Below, piece by piece: positions 47,670 through 56,571 of a DNA stretch of 64,000 bases. Every line of letters begins with the position of its first letter. Position 1 is the stretch's first letter. Source of the stretch: an uncultured Anaerolineales bacterium (lineage in GTDB: Bacteria > Chloroflexota > Anaerolineae > UBA7937 > JACPPX01). A program made the translations under genes and the position numbers. Under the pieces are notes generated by a model, which was not told the origin of the DNA, ran no database searches, and saw nothing but the letters and a program-made list of their open reading frames with translations. The stretch lies in NCBI GenBank assembly GCA_964348195.1, contig CAYGBX010000002.1, forward strand, positions 63,586 to 127,585. Direction: 5' to 3'.

Positions 47670-48512
47670 CTAGAGGGGAAGGATCGTCTCTTCAGACCAG
47701 CGGACGCCGCGGACCGCGCCCGAACGCTGGGCCAGCCGTTTCTGGAAGTCTGCGAAGGTCGCCTCGTCCCCCGATGTGAAGAAGGTCGCCTCCCCGGGAT
47801 CGGCGGAACCGTTCAGGAGGCCCCGCTCGGAAAGGACCCGGCCCACCTGTCGAGCCACGGCCGGGGCGGGATCGACGAGCTGAACATCCTCTCCCACCGC
47901 CCTCTCGAACGCCCGCCGCAGGAAGGGATAGTGGGTGCATCCCAGGACCAAGGTGTCCATGTTCTGCGTCAGGAGGGGCGCAACGTAGCTCCTGACCAGT
48001 GCCTCGGTATCGGGATGGTCCCACTGACCTGCCTCAACCCTCTCCACGAGCCCCGGGCAGGGCTGAGTCAGAACTGTCGCCTGCCTGTCGAATCGATCCA
48101 CCAAGCTCGCGAAAAGCACTCCCTGAAACGTAGCGCTGGTGGCGACGACCCCCACCACTCCCGTCTTGGTCCCCTCCACGGCCGGCTTGAGGGCTGGCTC
48201 CATCCCGACGAATGGCACCTCTGGGAACTGCTCGCGAAGCGGGTGGAGCGCGCCCGCGGATAGTGTGTTGGAGGCGATCACGATGATCTTGGCGTGTTCA
48301 GAGAGGAGGAAACGTACGATGCCCTCGGTCAGCCGCCGCACCTCTACCAGCGATCGATCGCCGTAGGGACAGTGCAGTGTGTCCGCGAAGTAGAGCAGGT
48401 TCTCTTGGGGGAGCTGCTCTGAGACCTCCCGGAACACAGAAAGACCTCCCAGCCCGGAGTCGAGGATCCCCACTGGGTGGTGGGGCTGCGGCTCGTAGAG
48501 GGGTCTGGTCAC
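47670..48512 (-). CDS. murI: Glutamate racemase
   Basis: 'VGILDSGLGGLSV', 'IVIASNTLS', 'LVLGCTHYPFL'. Confidence 0.93.
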   Translation of the reverse strand: MTRPLYEPQPHHPVGILDSGLGGLSVFREVSEQLPQENLLYFADTLHCPYGDRSLVEVRRLTEGIVRFLLSEHAKIIVIASNTLSAGALHPLREQFPEVPFVGMEPALKPAVEGTKTGVVGVVATSATFQGVLFASLVDRFDRQATVLTQPCPGLVERVEAGQWDHPDTEALVRSYVAPLLTQNMDTLVLGCTHYPFLRRAFERAVGEDVQLVDPAPAVARQVGRVLSERGLLNGSADPGEATFFTSGDEATFADFQKRLAQRSGAVRGVRWSEETILPL

Positions 48513-48636
48513 CGGGGCTGCTGCGCGAGGCCCTCTGTGGAGAAACGGGCGCCGCTAGGCGGGTCGACCCTCGGGGCTCTCCCCGGCCCACACAGCACGG
48601 CCCGAGTCTCCGCCTCAGGGCAGCTCAACGGTCGCG

Positions 48637-49788
48637 CTATTGCTGAGGACGGAGCCCCAGCGTCACCGGGAGCTGCATTTCTTGGCCGTCTCGATACACC
48701 GAAAGGGTCACCGTCTCTCCCACGTCGAACCGCATCAGCACGGTGATGAGGGGATTCTCCTCGCCGATGGGTTGACCGCCTATTGTCGTGATGATGTCTC
48801 TGGGCTGGATTCCAGCCCGGGCGGCAGGGGTGTTGGGAACCACCTGCTCCACGAAGACACCATGCTCGGCGGGGAGGTCGAAGCGGACGGCGTCGCTGCG
48901 GGTGATGGTGACGGACTGAATCCCGAGGTAGGGGCGAGTTACGAACCCTTGGGCGATCAGCTGGTCCGCCACCAGCCGGACGATGCTGGAGGGGATGGAG
49001 AACCCCAGTCCCTCGGCACCGGTGGGTGCCACCCGGATCGCGGTGTTGATTCCGACGACTTGGCCCAGGATGTTCACCAACGGTCCTCCGGAGTTGCCAG
49101 GGTTGATGGCAGCGTCGGTCTGGATCAACCCCTCCATCAGAGTGCCCTGCTCTGTGGAGACGCTCCGATCTAGCGCGCTCACCACGCCCACGGTCACGGT
49201 GCCGCGGAGGTCTCCCAGAGGGCTCCCGATGGCGATCACCGGCTCGCCGGGCTTCAGGGCCTCAGAGTCTCCCCATTCCGCTACGGCGGGAACTGCTGGA
49301 CTGACCCGTAGAACAGCGAGATCTGTGAATGGAAAGTCGTCCCCGACGGGGCTGGCCTCCGTGGAGGTTCCATCGGAGAAGATGACCTCGAACCGATCCC
49401 CGCCCCGCACCACGTGCTCATTGGTTACGACATACCCCTGATTGGAGATGATCACTCCCGATCCCGACGCCTCCTGCTCGATCCGTCTCCCCAGAAAGTC
49501 CTGGCCAGGAATCGAGGCGACAACGGTCACGACGGCCGGCTTGATCTCCTCGACTGCCTCGACGATGGCAGAGTCCTGGCTGAGGGTGACCTGTACGATC
49601 TCGGAAGGACCGGCCGCCTCAGGAGATGCAGTGGCCGAGAGGGGCAGAGGGGTGGGCACCGGCTGGGACCCGGCGACTCGCGTGCCCACCACCGCTCCGG
49701 TGATCCCGCCGGCAACGGTGGCAAGGAGGATCGCCGCCACCACGGTCAGGACCAAAGCGCCGGAACCCGGTGGCTGTCGGATCGACAT
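48637..49788 (-). CDS. HtrA/DegP-type S1C serine protease with a C-terminal PDZ domain
   Basis: N-terminal TM, catalytic 'VTNEHVV', 'DLAVL', 'GNSGGPL', and PDZ 'GVFVEQVVPNTPAARAGIQPRDII'. Confidence 0.9.
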   Translation of the reverse strand: MSIRQPPGSGALVLTVVAAILLATVAGGITGAVVGTRVAGSQPVPTPLPLSATASPEAAGPSEIVQVTLSQDSAIVEAVEEIKPAVVTVVASIPGQDFLGRRIEQEASGSGVIISNQGYVVTNEHVVRGGDRFEVIFSDGTSTEASPVGDDFPFTDLAVLRVSPAVPAVAEWGDSEALKPGEPVIAIGSPLGDLRGTVTVGVVSALDRSVSTEQGTLMEGLIQTDAAINPGNSGGPLVNILGQVVGINTAIRVAPTGAEGLGFSIPSSIVRLVADQLIAQGFVTRPYLGIQSVTITRSDAVRFDLPAEHGVFVEQVVPNTPAARAGIQPRDIITTIGGQPIGEENPLITVLMRFDVGETVTLSVYRDGQEMQLPVTLGLRPQQ

Positions 49789-50369
49789 CAGAACAAGAAG
49801 GCAGGAGGCGGGTCCGCCGGGAGCGAATCCTCGATACGGGAGTGGCCGAACATCGAGACCGGCCGGAATCGGACGCCCAGCCAGGAGACTTCATTGCCGT
49901 CAGCGTCCTCGGTTCTGCCCAGGGTGACCTCCACGCGTCGCTCCCTCTCCGGTCCCGCCACGGTGAGTACCACACTGTCTCCTGGATCGTGGCTGTGGAT
50001 CAGCGCGGGGAGGGAGTGCGGACGAGCCACGGAGGTGCCGTCCACAGCCGTGATCAGGTTTCCCGGCCGGATGCCGGAGCTGTCGGCGGGGCCGTCGGGC
50101 ACCACTTCGAGAATCAAGGCCCCCCCACCCCCGAGTATTCGACGCAGGAACGGAAGGTCATTGGGCAGCCGGGAGGGAGCCTGGGGGGTGCGATCGAGTC
50201 TCTCCAGGAGTTGGAGCCGCTGCTCCACGGGTGATAGCACGGCCTGACGTTGGCCGGAGCCGATCAGGTAGCCGGCGATCCCCCCTGCCACTGCCCCCCC
50301 TGCCGTGGCGACCACCAAGCCCAAGGCCACGGCGAGGACAATGAGGATGGTGCGGGCCTGATCAGACAT
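49788..50369 (-). CDS. Membrane-anchored PDZ domain protein
   Basis: N-terminal TM 'ILIVLAVALGLVVATAGGAVAGGIAG' and PDZ 'ALILEVVPDGPADSSGIRPGNLITAVDG'. The stop shares 1 nt with the HtrA ATG (TGATG). Confidence 0.75.
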   Translation of the reverse strand: MSDQARTILIVLAVALGLVVATAGGAVAGGIAGYLIGSGQRQAVLSPVEQRLQLLERLDRTPQAPSRLPNDLPFLRRILGGGGALILEVVPDGPADSSGIRPGNLITAVDGTSVARPHSLPALIHSHDPGDSVVLTVAGPERERRVEVTLGRTEDADGNEVSWLGVRFRPVSMFGHSRIEDSLPADPPPAFLF

Positions 50370-50410
50370 GGACGCTCCACCCCCAATTATAAGCGAGCCG
50401 GTCGACCTGG

Positions 50411-51466
50411 CTAGAGATGGGCCCGTCTTCTAAGCAGCCAGAAAGCGATGGCTCCAATGGGAATGGGGAGCCAGAAGGAGATGAGCCGGAACACCAGCAC
50501 CGCCGTCGCGGCCGCGGCTGGGGGAACCGCCAGGCTGGCGTAGGCCCCGGCGAGGGAGGCCTCGGTAACGACGAGTCCGTCGGGCAGGAAGGCCAGGTTG
50601 GAGAGGTAGTTGGAGATGGCGTAGCCTACGGTGAGGATACCGGGGTGGATGGCGGTTCCGAGAGCGCGAAAGACAAGGTAGAGGGCAAGGATGTCGGCCA
50701 GAAGGGCCGACGCCGCGAAGCCGAAGGCCAGGAGCAGGGCCCGTCGGTTGTGGCGGGCCACGGCGACGCCCCGGTAGAGGCGTCGCAGGGCATTCTTCAG
50801 GCCCTCTTCATCATAGAGATCTATGCGCGTCAACCGTCCCAGCCATCCGGCGACGGTTCCGGCGACATTGAGGAGCAGTGCCTGGGCCCGTCTCGGTCGA
50901 GGGTAGAGCCGGGCGGTGGCCGCCAAGACGGCGATCACTCCGAGCGCCACCGCTCCGGAAACTGCCATCTCTTCCGCCGTCAATCCCCTCAGGGCCGCCA
51001 AGGCGAGGAGCCCGACGAGGAAGGTGGCGAGCAAGATCACCGCAGTGACCAGGGTCTGAATGAGCAGCATGGAGGAGATCGCTCTCAGGGGCACCTTCCG
51101 CAGATCGAGGTATCGGTAGCGCAGATACAGTCCGCCGGCGCCGCCTGCGACGATCAGCCGGTTCAGAGCAGCCCCGGCCAGGATGACCGCTACCGTGGGC
51201 CATAGGGCAATGCGGTGCCCAACGAACCCGAGGACTTGACGCATGAGCAACCCGGTCCCGACGTAGCGCAGGGATTCGGCGGCCAGGGCGCCCACCACCA
51301 ATTCCCCCCGGGCATGTTCCAGCAGGGAGATAGCCTCGTCGGCTCCTCCCCAGCGAAGGAGGAGCAACAGGGTGGCTGCCCCGAGGAGGGGCAAGAGGAG
51401 GGCCCGCCGCCCGGCAGCGGGCGGGGCCAAGTCCGCCAGCCGGGATGGGCCTTCTGTCAGAGCCAC
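50411..51466 (-). CDS. UPF0104 / lysylphosphatidylglycerol-synthase-TM-region-like (flippase-like) membrane protein
   Basis: About 8 TM segments and 'FLPDGLVVTEASLAGAY' near the C-terminus. The start is set to GTG 51466, because the 461-aa track ORF would overlap corA by ~340 nt. Confidence 0.55.
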   Translation of the reverse strand: MALTEGPSRLADLAPPAAGRRALLLPLLGAATLLLLLRWGGADEAISLLEHARGELVVGALAAESLRYVGTGLLMRQVLGFVGHRIALWPTVAVILAGAALNRLIVAGGAGGLYLRYRYLDLRKVPLRAISSMLLIQTLVTAVILLATFLVGLLALAALRGLTAEEMAVSGAVALGVIAVLAATARLYPRPRRAQALLLNVAGTVAGWLGRLTRIDLYDEEGLKNALRRLYRGVAVARHNRRALLLAFGFAASALLADILALYLVFRALGTAIHPGILTVGYAISNYLSNLAFLPDGLVVTEASLAGAYASLAVPPAAAATAVLVFRLISFWLPIPIGAIAFWLLRRRAHL

Positions 51467-52377
51467 CCCCGCCGTCGGAAGAACAGCAGCATCGCTCCTA
51501 CCACCCCCACGATGGTGGCGAGGATGAGGGCGAAGGAGAGGGGGTGATCCGCCAGCGGGAGCATGGTCAAGTTCATGCCGTAGATGCCGGCGATTGCCTC
51601 CACCGAGCCTAGCGTTAGGGCGATGATGGCCAGGAACTTCATGACTTCGCTCAGGCTGTGCGAGGACAGCGAGTCGATGGTGTCCGCCAGCCCCTCGATG
51701 ACCTCCGTCTGATCCTGGAGCCTCTCCCAGATGCGAGCCAGGTGGTCTGAGACATCCCCCCAGTAGACCTCGAGGTCTCCCTTCAGGAAGTCCCATTCCT
51801 TGTGCTCGAGGAGCAGAACCACCCCCATCATCGGCTTGACGATTCGCCGGTAGTTGATGAGGTTGCGGCGCACGATGGAAATCTCGCGCAGCATCCGCCT
51901 AGGGTCGGCTTCGAAGATCTGCTCCTCTATGTTCTCGATGTTGGCGCTCTCCTTGGTCAGTATTGGGAAGCAGTAGTCGACCAGGCTGTCCACCACCTCG
52001 TAGAGGAGGTAATTGGAGCCCCGCCCCATGAACCGCTGGCGGGCCTCATCATCATTCAGGCAGGACTCGAAATCCCGTGTCAGAGGCTTCAGATCGTGGT
52101 CCGTGATGGTGATGAGGAAATCGTGCCCCACGAACGAATCGACCTCGGCCCGTCCCAGCCGTCGACGGACTTTGTCGAACAGGGGAAAGTGCATCACAAG
52201 GAATAGGTAGGTCTCGTATTCGTCGACCTTTGGTCGCTGGATGGTGCTCATCACGTCGTCGAGGTCCAGGGGGTGGAAGAAGGGGTAGCGCTCCTGAAGG
52301 AAGCTCAGGTCTTCGGGTGCAGGACCCTGTATGTGGGTCCAGGTCAAGCCTTGATGGGAGATGGTCTGAACAGTCAA
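51457..52377 (-). CDS. corA: Magnesium/cobalt transporter CorA
   Basis: 'YGMNLTMLP' GMN motif between two C-terminal TM helices. The start is proposed at TTG 52377, because a TTGCGG-17-TATAAT promoter lies inside the longer ORF (to 52503). Confidence 0.85.
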   Translation of the reverse strand: MTVQTISHQGLTWTHIQGPAPEDLSFLQERYPFFHPLDLDDVMSTIQRPKVDEYETYLFLVMHFPLFDKVRRRLGRAEVDSFVGHDFLITITDHDLKPLTRDFESCLNDDEARQRFMGRGSNYLLYEVVDSLVDYCFPILTKESANIENIEEQIFEADPRRMLREISIVRRNLINYRRIVKPMMGVVLLLEHKEWDFLKGDLEVYWGDVSDHLARIWERLQDQTEVIEGLADTIDSLSSHSLSEVMKFLAIIALTLGSVEAIAGIYGMNLTMLPLADHPLSFALILATIVGVVGAMLLFFRRRGWL

Positions 52378-52398
52378 GGTTCCGCTCGCAGGGACGCG

Positions 52399-52427
52399 AT
52401 TATAGCCACCGGTCGACGGGCCCGCAA
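52399..52427 (-). promoter_or_regulatory. Candidate corA promoter TTGCGG-17-TATAAT
   Basis: Minus-strand hexamers at 52427-22 and 52404-399. Confidence 0.45.
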
Positions 52428-52454
52428 AGGAGTGGTGATTCTCGAGCTCTCCGG

Positions 52455-52484
52455 TTGACTTGGCCGTTTGTCGGCCGGTATAAT
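52455..52484 (+). promoter_or_regulatory. Candidate promoter TTGACT-18-TATAAT upstream of the yvcK-like gene
   Basis: Hexamers at 52455-60 and 52479-84, then AAGGAGG 7 nt before TTG 52515. Confidence 0.6.
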
Positions 52485-52514
52485 GGTTGATTTGAAACGG
52501 CAAGGAGGTCTCCC

Positions 52515-53822
52515 TTGCGAAGCCGCTATCTTCGGGACGGCTCGGCCCTCAAATGGCTCCTCCCCGGCATGCACGTCAAGCGCTGGTTGGCCCTTCTCCT
52601 CCTGGGGGTCACCGTCCTGGCGTTGGGAGCTGGTTACATCTTGGTCGAGGTGTATCGTACCTGGGTCTTCCCCGACATCGTCTACTACCTGACGCTCCAG
52701 TTCATCCCTCGGGCCGCCCGGGGGTTTCTCTTCGGGGTTGTGGGCACGGCCGCAGTCGTCGTGGCCGTGATCCAGCTGAACCGGTCCCTGCTTTCTGCCT
52801 TCCGATCTCCCGGCGAGAGCTCTCTGGTCGACGTGGTCTACCGGCACCGCCGGCGCGGCCGCGGGCCCAGGGTCGTGGCTATCGGAGGGGGCCACGGGCT
52901 TTCCACGGTGCTGCGTGGGCTAAAGGAGCACACCACCAACCTGACCGCGATTGTGACCGTCGCGGATGATGGGGGAAGCTCCGGTCGGCTGCGCCGCGAA
53001 CTCGGACTCCTCCCACCAGGGGATTTTCGCAATTGCATCGCGGCTCTGGCCGACGCAGAGTCGGTCACCACTCAGTTGTTTCAGTATCGCTTCAGCGAGG
53101 GGATGGGGCTCAATGGCCACTCCCTGGGAAACCTGTTCATCGCCGCCATGGCGGATGTCACCGGAAGCTTCGAGCGTGCCATCCTGGAATCGGGCCGTGT
53201 TCTGGCAATTCAGGGTCAGATCTTCCCCTCCACCCTGGAGGACGTGACCCTGTGCGCGGAGCTACACGAGGAAGGTGAGACTGAGGGGCACGTGGAGCGC
53301 GTGGCTGGTGAATCCCAGATCCCCAAGACGGGACGCCCCATACACCGCGTGTACCTAGAGCCCAGTTCGGTTTCGGCCTATCCGGGAGCGGTAGAAGCGA
53401 TCCGGCATGCTGATCTGGTGGTGGCCGGCCCGGGAAGCCTTTTCACCAGCGTCCTCCCCAATCTCCTGGTGCCGGGGATACGCGAGGCGCTGCAAGCGTC
53501 GGACGCCCTCAAGGTGTATGTCTGCAACGTCGCTACCCAGTGGGGAGAGACCGATGGGTTCACCGCAGGCGACCACCTGCGCGCAATTGAGGAGCACCTC
53601 GGCGAATCGGTGTTCCGGCACGTCTTGGTGAACCACAACCTGAAGACGGCGCTCCCCGATGGAGCTCGTGCCACCCTGGTGGCACCTGTCTTCGATACCG
53701 ATGGGGATCTCCAAGTGATCGATGAGGATCTCGTCGACAGGGAGAACCCTTGGCGGCACGATCCCCAGCGCTTGGCCTCGACCCTTCTCTCGGTCCTCGA
53801 GCGCACGGTCAACGGCCGATAG
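52515..53822 (+). CDS. yvcK: YvcK/CofD-family (UPF0052, gluconeogenesis factor) protein with a ~115-aa N-terminal two-TM extension
   Basis: 'VVAIGGGHGLSTVLRGLK', 'TAIVTVADDGGSSGRLR', 'PGDFRNCIAALA', 'GHSLGNLF'. N-terminal hydrophobic helices 'WLALLLLGVTVLALGAGYILV' and 'FLFGVVGTAAVVVAVI'. Confidence 0.88.
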   Translation: MRSRYLRDGSALKWLLPGMHVKRWLALLLLGVTVLALGAGYILVEVYRTWVFPDIVYYLTLQFIPRAARGFLFGVVGTAAVVVAVIQLNRSLLSAFRSPGESSLVDVVYRHRRRGRGPRVVAIGGGHGLSTVLRGLKEHTTNLTAIVTVADDGGSSGRLRRELGLLPPGDFRNCIAALADAESVTTQLFQYRFSEGMGLNGHSLGNLFIAAMADVTGSFERAILESGRVLAIQGQIFPSTLEDVTLCAELHEEGETEGHVERVAGESQIPKTGRPIHRVYLEPSSVSAYPGAVEAIRHADLVVAGPGSLFTSVLPNLLVPGIREALQASDALKVYVCNVATQWGETDGFTAGDHLRAIEEHLGESVFRHVLVNHNLKTALPDGARATLVAPVFDTDGDLQVIDEDLVDRENPWRHDPQRLASTLLSVLERTVNGR

Positions 53823-53863
53823 CCGGCGATGCCCTGCCGGGATCCTCTCCTCAAGAGCGGAGT

Positions 53864-54238
53864 ATGAGAACAGTCCAGGACGTTATGACCCATGATGTGG
53901 CAACCATCCACCAGGACGCCACGGTTGGTGAGGCCATGGAGCGGATGCGCGAGCGAGGCGTGACGAGCCTCTTGGTGGAGCGTCGCACCCCCGAGGATGC
54001 CTACGGTTTTATGAGCCAGGCTGACATTATCAAGAAGGTCGTCGCCCGGGGACAGGACGTCTCGGAACTCCAGGTCAAGGACATCATGACCAAACCGATC
54101 ATCGGCGTTCCCCTCGAGTGCACACTCCAGGACTGCGCGCTGTTGATGGACCGGGCTGGAATTCGACGCGTGCTGGTGACCAAGGACGGAGAGGTTGTCG
54201 GGATCGTGAGCTCCACCGATATCTTCCATGTAACCTGA
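53864..54238 (+). CDS. CBS-pair domain protein (124 aa)
   Basis: 'VQDVMTHDVATIHQDATVGEAMERM' and 'VKDIMTKPIIGVPLECTLQDCALLMDRAGIRRVLV'. Confidence 0.85.
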   Translation: MRTVQDVMTHDVATIHQDATVGEAMERMRERGVTSLLVERRTPEDAYGFMSQADIIKKVVARGQDVSELQVKDIMTKPIIGVPLECTLQDCALLMDRAGIRRVLVTKDGEVVGIVSSTDIFHVT

Positions 54239-54264
54239 GGCAGCAGAGCGAGAAGGGCAGAACG

Positions 54265-55323
54265 ATGGCGACGAGGATAGCGATAAACGGGTTCGGCCGA
54301 ATCGGGCGGCAGGTTCTACGCATCGTGCGAGAGCGGTACCCTGACGAGTTGCAGGTCGTAGCCGTTAACGATCTCATGGACATGCAGGCGCTGGCGTATC
54401 TTTTGCGCTATGACTCGGTCTACGGTCGCTTCCCCGGCGACGTTGCTCTGGAGAACGGTGCCTTGATGGTCGGCGGTGAAGAGATCAAGGTGTACAGCCA
54501 CTTTGACCCCAGCCAGCTTCCCTGGAGGGGGCTGGGGGTCGATCTGGTTGTGGAGGCCACAGGGGTTCTCCGAGATCGCGAGAAGGCGGTTCACCATCTC
54601 ACCGCAGGTGCAAAGAAGGTGATCATCACCGCGCCCTCGAAGGACCCGGACCTGATGGTATGCCTGGGGGTCAATCAGGAGGAGTACGATCCGGAGGCGC
54701 ACCAGATCATCTCCAACGCCTCCTGTACGACGAATTGTGCCGCTCCCGTGGCCAAGGTCCTCCACGAAAGGTTCGGAATCCGACGGGGGCTCCTGACCAC
54801 GGTCCACTCCTACACCAACTCGCAGAGGCTGGTGGACTACCCGCACAAGGATCTGCGTCGCGGCCGTGCGGCGGCTATCAACATCGTTCCCACTACCACG
54901 GGGGCGGCGAGGGCTGTCGCCCGGGTGATCCCGGATCTGGAGGGTCGGATCGATGGGTTCGCTATGCGGGTGCCAACGCCAACCGTGTCCATCGTCGATT
55001 TCGTGGCGGAGCTGGACGAGGCTGTCACCGAGGATCAGGTCAAGGGAGCTTTCCAGGAGGCAGAGGAGATCCCCGAGATGAAGGGCATCCTCTCGTACAC
55101 AGAGGACCCGCTGGTGTCCTCCGACTTCGTGGGGGATCCGCACTCCGCGATTGTGGACGGGCCATCGACCATGGTGATCCAGGAGAGCCTGGTAAAGGTG
55201 GTGGCCTGGTACGACAACGAATGGGGCTATGCGACACGAGTGGCAGATCTGGCCCACTATCTGGCTCAGCGCGGCCTCCCGAGCGCCGCAGTCGAGGCGG
55301 CCGGGCAGGCGGTCGCTGGGTGA
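54265..55323 (+). CDS. gap: Glyceraldehyde-3-phosphate dehydrogenase, type I (copy 1, canonical VNDL NAD-type beta2 end)
   Basis: 'IAINGFGRIGR', 'VVAVNDL', 'SNASCTTNC', 'WYDNEWGY'. The track ORF from 54118 is over-extended. Confidence 0.95.
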   Translation: MATRIAINGFGRIGRQVLRIVRERYPDELQVVAVNDLMDMQALAYLLRYDSVYGRFPGDVALENGALMVGGEEIKVYSHFDPSQLPWRGLGVDLVVEATGVLRDREKAVHHLTAGAKKVIITAPSKDPDLMVCLGVNQEEYDPEAHQIISNASCTTNCAAPVAKVLHERFGIRRGLLTTVHSYTNSQRLVDYPHKDLRRGRAAAINIVPTTTGAARAVARVIPDLEGRIDGFAMRVPTPTVSIVDFVAELDEAVTEDQVKGAFQEAEEIPEMKGILSYTEDPLVSSDFVGDPHSAIVDGPSTMVIQESLVKVVAWYDNEWGYATRVADLAHYLAQRGLPSAAVEAAGQAVAG

Positions 55324-55365
55324 TCCTGCTCTGGACCGGAGCACCTCTCCATCGCGGGTACTGAC

Positions 55366-56478
55366 ATGCCGGTAAGGGTGGCCCTGAACGGGTTCGGCCG
55401 AATCGGCCGCAACACCTTGAAGGTGCTGTGGGAGAGGTACCCGCAGCTGGAGGTCGCGGCCATCAGCGTGACTGATCCCCACGTTACGGAGACGCGCGCA
55501 CTGCTCCTAAAGTACGACTCGACCCACGGCGTGTTCCCTCCCGCGGTGGAGGCTCGGGTCGAGGGAAGGTTCAGTTCGTTGATCGTGGACGGACGGCGAA
55601 TCCCTGTCATCGCGCGGGGTGGGCTCGGGAAGCTCCCGTGGCACCAGATGGGGATCGACATCGTTGTCGAGGCCACCGGCTACTACCGGGACGGGAGGGT
55701 CGCCGCAGGCCACCTACGCGCAGGGGCGCGGAAGGTGATCCTAACGGCACCGCCCAAGCCGCTCGATTCGGCCGACTTGGTGGTGGTCATGGGAGTCAAC
55801 GAATCCTCCTACGATCACGACCGGCACCACATCGTTTCCAACACTTCCTGCACCACCAACTGTCTCGCCCCCGTGGCCAGGGTGCTGCACGAGGAGTTCG
55901 GGATTGTGGAAGGTCTGATGACCACCATTCACTCCTACACCTCCAGCCAGCGGCTCACCGACAAGACTCACAGGGATCCGAGGCGCGCTCGGGCGGCGGG
56001 TCTCTCCATCATCCCCACCAGCACCGGCGCGGCGCACATGGTCGGCGTGGTGATGCCGGAGCTGGAGGGTCGGTTCGACGGTACCGCCATTCGGGTCCCC
56101 ACCCCCGCCGTCTCCCTGGTGGACTTCACCGTGCGGCTGGAGCGATCGGCCTCGGCAGAGGAGATCAATCAAGCCGTGCGGCATTGGGCCGAGGGAGATC
56201 TGAGGGGCATCGTGGGCCTGGTGGACGAACCGCTGGTTTCCGTGGACTTCCGCAAGGACCCCCGCTCCGCGGTGGTGGATGGGCCCCTCACCATGACCGC
56301 GGGGAAGATGGCAAAGGTCTTCGCCTGGTACGACAACGAGTGGGGGTACTCGCACCGCGTGGCGGATTTGGCGTTCCACATGTCGCAGGTCGATCCGCAG
56401 CTGCGCACCCGCTTGGAAGAAGGGGAAGAGCAAGCAGCGGAGCGCATTCTGGAGGTGAGCGAGGAGCGGTTGGAGTAG
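55366..56478 (+). CDS. Glyceraldehyde-3-phosphate dehydrogenase paralogue (copy 2, altered cofactor-pocket region, acidic C-terminal extension)
   Basis: 'VALNGFGRIGR', 'AAISVTDPHVTE' replacing the VNDL segment, 'SNTSCTTNC', 'WYDNEWGY', and the extra tail 'QVDPQLRTRLEEGEEQAAERILEVSEERLE'. Confidence 0.9.
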   Translation: MPVRVALNGFGRIGRNTLKVLWERYPQLEVAAISVTDPHVTETRALLLKYDSTHGVFPPAVEARVEGRFSSLIVDGRRIPVIARGGLGKLPWHQMGIDIVVEATGYYRDGRVAAGHLRAGARKVILTAPPKPLDSADLVVVMGVNESSYDHDRHHIVSNTSCTTNCLAPVARVLHEEFGIVEGLMTTIHSYTSSQRLTDKTHRDPRRARAAGLSIIPTSTGAAHMVGVVMPELEGRFDGTAIRVPTPAVSLVDFTVRLERSASAEEINQAVRHWAEGDLRGIVGLVDEPLVSVDFRKDPRSAVVDGPLTMTAGKMAKVFAWYDNEWGYSHRVADLAFHMSQVDPQLRTRLEEGEEQAAERILEVSEERLE

Positions 56479-56571
56479 CGCCACAGCGGCGTCCTCGCGG
56501 GATTGCCTGGGCGCATAGGTGAGTGAGGATGCCACCCCAAGGGGTCCCATTCGCTCCTCTGCGCTAGTCAG

